Source of the DNA: Zygnema circumcarinatum SAG 698-1b
Lineage: Eukaryota > Plantae > Zygnematophyceae
Length of the DNA stretch: 64,000 bases
Direction of reading: 5' to 3'
NCBI GenBank assembly: GCA_037447605.1
Contig: CM074807.1
Location: 1,860,001-1,924,000 of the forward strand
The number at the start of each line of letters is the position of its first letter. The first letter of the stretch is position 1. Positions 43,801-53,164 of this stretch are shown here, piece by piece. The position numbers and the translations under genes are program-made. Below the pieces are notes generated by a model that saw only the letters and a list, made by a program, of their open reading frames with translations, was not told the DNA's origin and made no database searches.

Positions 43801-43917
43801 ACTAACAGTGAAAGTACAAGCTAAAAGGACAGCCAGGTGTAAGTACACGTGGCTGGGAAAACGACAAAATAGTACGACAAAACTGAGAATGTCGGATTCT
43901 CAACATCCTCCCCCTCC
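43615..43917 (-). mobile_element. 3' LTR (291 bp) and polypurine tract of a second LTR retroelement
   Basis: On the minus strand the PPT GGAGGGGGAGGA (43917-43906) is followed by TGTTGAG at 43905 and the unit ends in ACA at 43615. TATATAAAAC lies at 43708-43699. A partial second copy starts at 42277. Confidence 0.7.
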
Positions 43918-44287
43918 GCCGCCGCCGCCGCCTCCTCCTCCTCCGCCTCCTCCTCCTCCTCCGCCTCCTCCTCCTCCTCCTCCTCCTGCTGCTGCCGCCC
44001 CGACTTAAGCCGAGGGTCTTGTTCACGCTTGCCCGCCGTCCCTTGTCAGCGCCCAACTTGATCGGGCGAACAACTTCTTGTGGCCGCTCCCCAGTCCCCA
44101 CACGCTNNNNNNNNNNCCACTCCCTGCCCCCTTTTCCCACCGCCTGCCCCTTTCCTTGCTTTTCCCCGCCCCCTTACCGGCCTGCCCCCTTGTCTGCCTA
44201 CCATCTTACTACCTTTTTTGTTTCCTTTTCTTTTTTTTTATCCTTTCCTGCAGCATTCAAAGCTGCATTCAAAACATTGCCATCATT

Positions 44288-44518
44288 ATGCCTCGACAGT
44301 CAGATAGAAATTGCATACTTGCAGTTTTAGAGGGCTTAATTGCATTTGCTTATTTTTATGAGGATGAAGAAGAAGCAGATTCTTCTGACGACGAAACAGA
44401 AGCAGAAGAATTGATGGATTTGTATCAGCAAGTAATATCTTCACGCTATTTTTATGAGCGTTTTTTTTATTTAAATGGGTCCAAATGGAGTGAAAAAAGG
44501 GGTGCATATGGGGCATAA
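44288..44518 (+). pseudogene. Truncated N-terminus of a Harbinger/ISL2EU-type DDE transposase
   Basis: MPRQSDRNCILAVLEGLIAF...SSDDETEAEELMDLYQQVISSRYFYER follows the remembered MPRxSxR...acidic...ISSxRY pattern that precedes DDE_Tnp_4 domains. No catalytic domain follows. Confidence 0.55.
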
Positions 44519-45229
44519 ATGGGCTTTAAGGGGGTTGCTATCTGAATATAGCAAGGTGGCTAAATTTTTCCTTTAAATTTGGAATTTTTTCTTAACGTCG
44601 TTTTTTATTTCTGCAGGTTCTTGGATCGAGCGTGAAAATGGAAGTGGAGATTCCATCGGACTAAAAGTGTTCAAAATTTCAGGGCAGAAAAATAGTAAAA
44701 AAAAACGGTGGCGAAATATTGTTGAACGGGTGAAATAGTTTGGTTTTTTTTAAATTCTTGTTTTGTTGACTAGAGAAGGTCGGAATTAGGAGAACAAGTA
44801 TGGGTACGAAGTTTAAGGGCTTAGGGTTTAGGGAGAGGGAGAGAGCAAGAAAGGGAGGGAGAGACAGAGTGAGAGGAAGATAGGGAGTGGGACAAGGGGT
44901 TAAGAAGGAAGTTGAAAGGGAGGGGTAGGGGGGAGCGAGAGAGAGAGGGGGGGAGAGAGAGAGAGAGAGAGAACGTGAACTGTGTATACATAGTTAAGAG
45001 AGGCCGAGTGGCTAAAAGTGATAATATTTAGTTTGAACTCAGATAAAAATAAAAATTCAACAGATTGACATCCGGCACTGGCCGTACTTTGTTGGAGCAT
45101 GTCATCGGAATTCACATCTCGGCATAAAAGTAAACATTTGGAATAACGAGTGGTGGAATACTGCACACGTCGCATAAGTGGGTGACATCGAACCTCACCA
45201 ACAAGCCAACCCACCGTCCATCACCTTAG

Positions 45230-47940
45230 AATTGGGGGGAGGGAGGGAGGGGTGGGGAAAGGGAGGGGAGTTAGAGGGCATCACGGAGAGGGAGGAGGGA
45301 GAGGGTGGGGGACGAGGGAGAGGGTGGGGGTGGGAGAGGGAGGGAGAGGGTGGGGGGGAAGGGAGGGAAGGGAGGGGAAGGAGGGAGTGGGTGAGGGGGA
45401 AGGGAGAGGGTGGGGGGAAAGGGAGAGAGTGGCGGAGGGAGAGGGTGAGGGGGGAGGGAGGGAGTGGGGAGCGAGGGAAAGGGTGGGGTGGAAGGAGAGA
45501 GATGCGGTGGGGGGGGGAGCGAGGGGATGGGGGTTGTGAGGAGGGAGGGAGGGTGTGGGGGGAGAGAGATGGGGTGGGTGGGGGAGGGAGGGGGTGGGGG
45601 GGGAGGGAGGGAGAGAGATGGGCAGGTGAAAGAAAAAGGAATAAAAAGAAACAACAAATGACTAAAGTTTCCAAGACAATTTTTCAACTAAATTCACCTC
45701 GACCTCCGCCTTCTCATGCTCAAAACTAGGCTCTGAAACATCCCCTCCCTCATGGAACGGCTGTTCCGTATGGTCTAACTGACGTAGAGCCTCATAGATC
45801 CCCACACTCGTAGCCACGGCCAGATTCAATGAACGGACGTGCGTTTCTATGATCGGAATTCGGGCGATTCCGCCCGCATTACCGTTGGAGCACTGCTCCA
45901 AAGCTTCTTTGGGGAGACCAGTGGTTTCAGAACCGAAAAGGAGCCAATCGCCAGGGCGGTAGCGGAGAGTCTGCGTGGGAGAGAGTAGGGAGAGGAGGGA
46001 GAGGAGGGAGAGGAGGGAGAGGAGGGAGAGGAGGGAGAGGAGAGAGAGGAGGTAGAGGAGAGAGAGTAGGGAAAGGAGGTAGAGGAGGGAGAGGAGGTAC
46101 AGAAGGGAGAGGTTATTAGAGGAAGAGGGCGGGAGTGGGAGTGGGAGTGGGAGTGGGGAAAGGGGAGGGAGGTGGGGGAGGAAGGGAGAGAACGAATATG
46201 GAGTCAGGGGATTGAGGGGGAGGGAGAGGGGAGGGAGAGGGGAGGGAGAGAGAGCGGGAGCGGGGGGGAGGGAGGACGGGGGGTGAAAGTGAGGGAGTGG
46301 AAAAGGAGAAACGGAGGGTGGGGGGAATGGGAGGGAGGGGGAGTGGGAGAGGGAGAGGGAGAGAGGGAGTGGGAGGGGGGAAGGGGAGGGGGAGTGGGAG
46401 TGGGGGCGGAGGATGGGGGAGTGGAAGGGGGACGCGGGGAGACGAGAGAATGAGTTTTAGGGGAGGGAGGAGAGGAGGGAGAGAGAGCAAGAGAGGGGAT
46501 GGAGAGGAAGGGGGTGAAAGCGAAAAGAGGGAAAAGGAGAAACGAGGGTGAGGGGGAGGGGGAGAAGGGGAATGGGACGAGTGGGAGGGAGTGGGAGTGG
46601 GGGGGGGGGAATGGGAGGGGGGGAGGCGAAGGGGAAAATGATTGATGGGGAGGGGAGGGGAGGGAGAGGGAAAGTCAGGGAGGGGGAAGAGAGCAGCGGA
46701 CGAGAGGGAGAGGGAGAGGAGAAAGGGAAGGTGAGCGAGAGGGGAGGGGGTGGTAGAGAAATAGGAGGGGAAGGAGGGAGAGGGAGACGCACCCAATGAA
46801 CTTGACTGCCTCTCTTTGAAAATGCAATGAGTCGTTTTGGCCTCCTGCACCTCCGTGGAGAGAAGGGAAAGGAACATTGTACAATCAGTGATGTGAGGAA
46901 TCGCAGGTGAGGGAGGGAGGGAGGGAGGGAGGTAGGAGAGGCAGAGGGGGAGAAACAGGAGGGAGGGAACGGGTAGGGGAGGGAGGGTAGAGAGAGGGAG
47001 GGAGGGCCGGGAGTGAGGGAGGGGAGGAGCGGGGGAGGGGAGAGAGGGTGGGAATGGGTAGGGTTGGGAGGGATGGAGGGGAGGAGAGGGGCAGAGAGGG
47101 GGAGGGGAGGGAGAGGGGAGGGAGTGGGAGGGGGGAGGGCGAGGGAGAGAGGAGGAGGGGGAGGGAGGGAGAGAGGGGAGGGAGGGAGGGAGAGAGAAGG
47201 CAGAGAGGGGGAGAGGAAAAAGCAAAGATAGGGACAGAAATACAGACATTTTGAAGATAAAAGGGCAGGGATAGGAGTGATGCAGACATCAACAGAGAAG
47301 TGACGGAGAGAGTGAGCGGGAGAGAGTGGGAGAGAGAGTGGGAGATAGTGCTCTTCGAATGGAACTGCCTGGGAATTGAACCCAGATTTTGCCAGAGGCA
47401 AGTGCCCTCCCAGTTGGACGAGCAGCACTTTTTTACTCCCTCTCCTCCTAATTTGACAAAAGTTTTTATTGCCATTATAATTTTCTTTTTCGCACAGGTC
47501 CGCTAGAATGAATTACCTAACCCTCCTTTCCATCTCCCTCATTTTCCTCTCTCTCTCTCCCACCCTCCTTCACTTCCCTCCCTTTCCCTCTCTCTCGCCC
47601 ACACTTCATTCTCCTCTCTCTCGTCCTCTTCCCCTCACCCTCGCACCTCTCCTCTCACCCTCCATCAGTCACTCTCTCTTGCCTCCCTCCCCCTCTCCCT
47701 CCCTTTCCCACTCCCTCATACTTTCCTTCTCTCTTCCTCCATCCCTTCCTCTCCCCTCTCCCTCACTCCTCCCTCTTCTCTCTCCCTGCGTCCCTCCCTC
47801 TCTCCCCTTGACTGTCCTACACTCTCTTTCTGTCTCACCTCTTTTCTCCCACTACCCTTCTCCCTCTCTCCTCTCTCGTCCCTCCTCTTTCCGGCCTCTT
47901 CCATCCTCTCTCTCTCTCTCTGTCTCTCTCCCTCTCACTC
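45230..47940. repeat. Extensive GA/CT low-complexity tracts filling the trmL introns
   Basis: GA-rich on + over 45230-45650, 45980-46790 and 46910-47340; CT-rich on + over 47520-47940. Confidence 0.95.
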
Positions 47941-48626
47941 ACCTCCACAAGGTGCAGCCCCACCGATGTCGCCGCACATGTCCGCGCAATCGACCCAACG
48001 TTGCCGGGAATCTGCAATTAACTCAGAACATTATTAAAAAAACCACAAAAAATGAAGTATTTCAGAAGTTAAGAGATAAATTTCAAGTGTACGACTCAAC
48101 TCCCAGATGCAAAATAACCTTGAACCCAAAGAAAACGATCGCTAAAGATAACGCAGAAATAGTAGGGTCAATCAGACAAATCTGAGCAATTCTATACAAT
48201 TTTTTCAGCAATTTTTATGAAGGTATTAAAGAACTTAATGAGATTTCAAGAGAAAGCAAAAATAATAATATATATAATATATACATACCAAGGGAGACAC
48301 AAGAACCACGTGAAGGTCAGCGCGTTGTTCGCTCTGAAGCTCCACTTCGGCTTATAGCAGCAGCTACAGACCAAGGCAAGGAAAAAGGCAAGGAAAGGCA
48401 AGGAAAGGCAAGGAAAAAGGCAAGGAAAGGCAAGGAAAGGCAAGGAAAGGCAAGGAAAGGCAAGGAAAGGCAAGGAAAGGCAAGGCAAGGAAAGGAAAGG
48501 CAAGGAACGAGGGAGTACCTCTAGCAAAGTTAGCGCGTGAAGCGCAGCCACACGTCGGTTTCGAGTCCCTCCGGAAGGGAGGGAAGGGCGCAGGCAGGTG
48601 GCGTCAGGCACAGAACCTCGGGCCAT
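45662..48626 (-). CDS. trmL: SpoU-family tRNA (C34/U34 2'-O) methyltransferase, TrmL-like; one conserved exon absent, possibly a pseudogene or captured copy; start codon uncertain
   Basis: Exons: DLHVVLVSPL (ends at 48289), IPGNVGSIARTCAATSVGLHLVE (48011-47943), RPKRLIAFSKRGSQVHW (46844-46793) and TLRYRPGDWLLFGSETTGLP...RIPIIETHVRSLNLAVATSVGIYEALRQL (45970-45662). Confidence 0.85.
47360..47428 (-). ncRNA. Degenerate tRNA-like element (tRNA pseudogene, SINE head or tRNA mimic)
   Basis: T-arm CTGGG-TTCAATT-CCCAG is perfect. D-arm GTCC-AACTGGGA-GGGC. Acceptor stem pairs 6 of 7. A-box and B-box matches. The anticodon loop (CTCTG) and variable region are shortened, giving about 68 nt. Confidence 0.6.
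48373..48505. repeat. (GGCAAGGAAA)n 10-mer tandem repeat in the first trmL intron
   Basis: About a dozen 10-bp units read directly. Confidence 0.92.
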
Positions 48627-49062
48627 GGCGGGCGGCCGGATAAGGAGGGGGAGGGGGAGGTTGTTGGGGGGTGGCTCGACGACAAGAGTGGGACCCGGCG
48701 CGCGGGCGGGCGGGAAAACAACCATGACGTCACGTTGACGCGATTTTCGCCATTCTTTTCTTCGCACGTCCATTTCGGCGCCTCTTTTGGGTGCGAACAA
48801 AATCGTGCGAAGAAGTGCCCTTTTTAGTAAACCCCACGGGTCAATCTTCGTAACGTTGACCCGTTGACTTAGCACAGTTGACTTCCGTTCGGTTCGGTTT
48901 AGGTTCGGGGGCGCGATGATTTTTAGTACTTAGTAACCTCGATTCTCGTAATACTAAAAACTCGATATTCGTAACATTTTGTTAAGTCTGACACGCCCTA
49001 ATGTACTGTACAGTACATCCGTAGCCTAAATTCTGTAGATCGCATCGGAATCTCAAGTATGT

Positions 49063-49236
49063 CCACGTGGCACATCCAACGGCCATAATCTAAACAATCG
49101 AATCTTACCTTGTATCTACGTGGCATATCTCAACTTACATCCACGTGGCACATTCGACGGCCCATATTCCCGAAATCCCGCAGGCGGCTATCCAACGGTC
49201 GACACTCAGTTGGTTCCACGTGGCACATCCAACGAC
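49063..49236. promoter_or_regulatory. Array of G-box modules (C[C/T]ACGTGGCA-CATCCAACGG-like)
   Basis: Copies start at 49063, 49116, 49141 and 49216. Related G-boxes lie at 41882 and 41913. Confidence 0.6.
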
Positions 49237-50050
49237 CGCGGTTGATGTGACCGTTACGCTGAGTGTAGCGTGGATCTGTGCCCCCCTCCCTGCGCTGCTT
49301 CCGCTCACGGCCTGGCCCTCGTGGTTTCCATTGCGACGGGTTCAGAGCATGGCGGCTGCCTCTAGAGCCACGTTGGTAATGGTAGGCCCAGAAGCAGAGC
49401 TCCGCTCCAAGCCCTTCCTTCGTTCCTAGGTCTGTTGTTACCGTTTCACCTTGGTTTTGCGTTTAGCCTTTGACCATGGACACTTGATGTAGCCGCCATC
49501 GTGAGGTCAATGCCAATCATTGGTCCTGATCCAGGGCCCCGCGTGTCCAGAGCGAACTGTAGTGGAGCATCACGGCAATTCGCCACGTCTACAGTTTTAC
49601 CACAGCTCGTGTCTACACGCTCATGTTCGTGGTAGCTCCATTGGCCAGTTGCTCCCCACCTTGAGTGGAACATGCCTCAGACGTTTCTTTACTTCACTCC
49701 ATTCGAACAAGCACACAACATCTGAAACGATTGCAACAACTCCAAACACCACGAAGCTATGGATTAAGATTGGAAAACATTTTTTCCAGGAATTTCCGCA
49801 AAAAAGTGCATAGAGTAGTAATGCAAGAATATGCACCAGGACAATGTGGCTCCGGTTGATCTTCCAGCCCACTTGAACAAAAGAAGGGGTTCAACGCTCA
49901 GTGGCCAGCTATGCATATCGGGCATCCTCTCCCCGCCGTCAGTCAGGCCATGCCCACAACAGCTGTGAAGATCAGCTGCGGACTGCATTACCGAAACAAA
50001 ATTTTGGCATTTGAAATGCCAATCCGTCCAAAAAAGAACGCCCGCTTCTG

Positions 50051-52332
50051 TCACTCTGCCGACAACGGGCGAGTTAGCTCGCTCTGTGGATTGTTGAAGT
50101 AGATGTAGGCATTCAAGGAGGTGGCAATCGACACCCTGGAAAGACGACAAACCACAGTTACGACTGGAATTGATTTGGCAATAACAGAGGACAGACTTGT
50201 ACAGATTACCAGCGACGGGAATGATGCTTCTAAGTAGAAGGCAGCATATGTTTCTATTGCTAGTTCTCAAGATCAAGGCGTTTCTATGAGGCAGTACAGG
50301 ACCTATACTGGCAGGACCTAGGAGGGATAGCTTTTTTTGTCCAGATATGACACAGTTCGTCCTTCCAAACAAAGCTTGCTTCTCTTCCAGCACTAATACT
50401 TGAGTCCTTGACTCGGCTCCTGTCTACTTTGCATGAGGTTCGTCACTTACCAGATAATGTAGGGCACCAGCAAGGATGCAGCTGTCTTGTTCACCCGCCA
50501 AAACGCAACAATTGTGGCGAGAATCGCAATCCACAGAAAGACAATCTCCACAAGGGCGAGATCCTGGAGAACCGGCGACCTCTACATCTTAAGTCCAAGA
50601 TCGCAAGCATTCAGCTTGTTGTCCGACAGTATGATACTCCATACAGTACAGGCAATGGTGACAGGTGACGGAAGGGCAAAGCGAGAAAAGTCTGGTATGC
50701 TACTCACAATGCGGCGTAGACCAAAGAAGATTGGGGTCCAAGAAAAGTTAAGAATGAGCTGCAGCAAACAAAGGAGTTATCAGCACAAGGGAAAACAGCA
50801 AACACCATAACTGTGCTATCATACTTGGACAAACCAGTGCATAGAAAGCCGGAGGGACCCATCAATTTGTAACTACACTGCAACTCTGAGAGCCGCATAG
50901 AAAAGACAAAAAAAACAGGTGTCGCAAAGGGCATACAAAAACAACATGTTTCACCATACATGCTCTTGAATATGACCTTGAAAACGTCCAAAACAACAGA
51001 ATAGATACATCGAAGAAGTCAAGAGGCTCATAACAACGAAGAAGCGAACCAGCTTGATGTATGCCAAGCTATATGGGCCGGGATGCTTTTCATATGTATC
51101 CGGGAATGCACCTTCAATTCAAAGGATGGAAGTCAATATCCACAGAAATGGGGAGCAAGGCCTGTGAATCTCTGACTCACCTGAAAAACATAGAGGAGAA
51201 GAGGCAGCCTCTGCTTTTCAAAACCTGCAAGGCAGACCATACAAGCACGGGCCACAACTCTTGTGAACTACTGTTCAAAAAATTGCCATGCACACGCACA
51301 CTTCCAGTGTCCCGTGGCAGTATGTCACAAACCAATACAGGCAGGGCTATTCACGATGCTGGAAAAGAGATGGTGCAGATGATCAACAGCATTATGACTG
51401 CAGGACCGTTGAACTTTAACATGTCAAGGTTTACAGCTCCATCGTGGGACACGTATGACATCGCCGAAGGTTCAGGGACTTGTCAATTCTGGCAAGTGGA
51501 GCATGGTGCCAATCACATATCTTGTATCTAGCCTGGGTTGGAAGAACAAAGCCATACCTCCTTCTTTCCAGACAAGCCACGATGCAACACCCATGAGGAC
51601 GTATAGAGTAGTCCACACCACAGGAAAAGCCCAGCCCTGTGGAATGCCCATTATGATGCCCTCTCAGAACCTTCCAGTCCTAAGTCAAACGACAAATGAT
51701 GGTCAAAAACGTCTTTCACCCTCGTCGTGCCTGTCTTTTACTACGAAAAAACCAGAAAAATGGGTAGAAATATGTTACAAGGTTTTCCTTTGCTCCTCAC
51801 TTTGGCATCGGTTGGAGCAAAAAACAGACAGAACTGGTAAATCTGGCTTTAGTCCATTGTAAAATGTATGCTGCAAATCTGCCCGAGAAAAATCGGGCAG
51901 AATACACGTACCGGTGGTGTCCATGGCGGTTTGTTCAGGTTCTTATACCAATCTGGCCACCCAATACACCGACAAAACTATCCTATCTCAGTCTATCCTC
52001 AAATCTGATGATAAGCATGCTTCTCCAAAATGACCATGGCCAGACACTACCCATAATAACACAAACACCAATTCTAGTATGGACACAACTGAAAAGGAGC
52101 ATCCTAAAACAGATTATAGTGCTGGATTTGGGAGGCCAGGCTACCAAATATTTTCCTTCTTGCCTCTTTTGCATGCGAAATGTATGGGGCTGCATGTGCT
52201 CAGGGCACCCTGGGATGATATGCGGATGAAAGCGGGAGGCTTACCAGAATTGGGTGATGGTGTGAGGGATTGAATCACAATAGGCCCAACCAAAGGAATG
52301 GCAATTGCAACAATGATTGTCCAAATGTCCAT
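50051..52332 (-). CDS. TSPO: TspO/MBR translocator protein (short type, no N-terminal extension); one internal exon unresolved
   Basis: Spliced: MDIWTIIVAIAIPLVGPIVIQSLTPSPNS|DWYKNLNKPPWTPP|GWAFPVVWTTLYVLMGVASWLVWKEG...LILNFSWTPIFFGLRRI|DLALVEIVFLWIAILATIVAFWRVNKTAASLLVPYII|WVSIATSLNAYIYFNNP...stop. Confidence 0.93.
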
Positions 52333-53164
52333 GGCGTAAGCGGTCCCTACTGCCCCATCCCATTTGACATGAATTAAATTATTATAGGACCTTAGGTTGG
52401 AACAAGCAGCCTACCAGAGCTTCCGCCTCCCCAAGTTCTTGCACTTATGAAGCCTTGAAAAACCGGCACTGCTACGAAGAGGATCACCAGCAAGTCTTGA
52501 GCAGACATTGCTAGTTTCCTACCAAAGCCGCGGAGATACAGGACAAAAGAAACAAGGTTTGAAGAACATCAGCGGTTAGACAACTGGTTGGCATCCACGA
52601 TTGAGGATCGTCACCCGGTACAGGCCTAAATTTTATCTGACCTGAGGTGCAATGAAGGTTCTTCTTGTGTTTCACTTGTTTATTCAAGAGCGACAGAACA
52701 CCTAACCAGCAGGGCTCTCAACTGACGCCTCTGTGCTTAAGGTTAGCAGTGGCTTCTCCACTCAATCTCCCCACAAGCTAAAAAAACAGTTGACGCAATT
52801 TTGCTGGACTTTTCTGCTTCAGGTGCATAGCGTATAAATCATTCATATCATCTAAAACATATTCTGACTTTCGGTTTCCACTTTCCGGAGAAGTTAGAAG
52901 ACTCGTCCTGTTTATTATCAATAAGAATCCTACAGGTTAGGCGACTATTCTAGTCTCATTAGCAGCAAAACAAAACAGTAAAGACACATCAAAACCAAGC
53001 CATGCGCATTTTCGTGTCGTCCCGACCATGTGAAGCTGACTAAATGCATTTGTGCTCCTGCTGAAGCTCGCAGGTTGAGGAATTACAGAGACGGATGCAA
53101 TGAGGAGCTGAGGCAAAGATATACACTGCGCGCAGACCAGCTCTCAGGGCTCCAACACCCAGAG

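Larger units (their letters stand above)
41961..49000. mobile_element. Putative non-autonomous TIR DNA transposon (PIF/Harbinger-like), about 7 kb
   Basis: Perfect 17-bp inverted termini GGGCGTGTCAGACTTAA (41963-41979 and 48982-48998), each flanked by TA. A 37-bp subterminal motif (36/37 identical) lies at 41984-42020 and 48943-48979. A transposase-like N-terminal ORF lies inside. Confidence 0.65.

Noticed and set aside
43802-44140. Poly-Arg/poly-Pro ORFs
   Set aside because: Produced by a (CCT/CCG)n tract beside the LTR polypurine tract and cut by an N gap.
44817-44831. TTAGGG/TTTAGGG units here and at 29159 as interstitial telomere or chromosome-fusion sites
   Set aside because: Only two units each; compatible with telo-boxes or chance.
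45061-45177. Plus-strand peptide IRHWPYFVG as the missing trmL LDYWPYVV exon
   Set aside because: Wrong strand, downstream of the stop codon, lacks PLGF and RAGLDY, and the similarity is limited to WPY.
49348-49429. Small plus-strand ORF MAAASRATL... after the G-box array
   Set aside because: Only 26 codons, and I could not build a credible spliced continuation; left unannotated.
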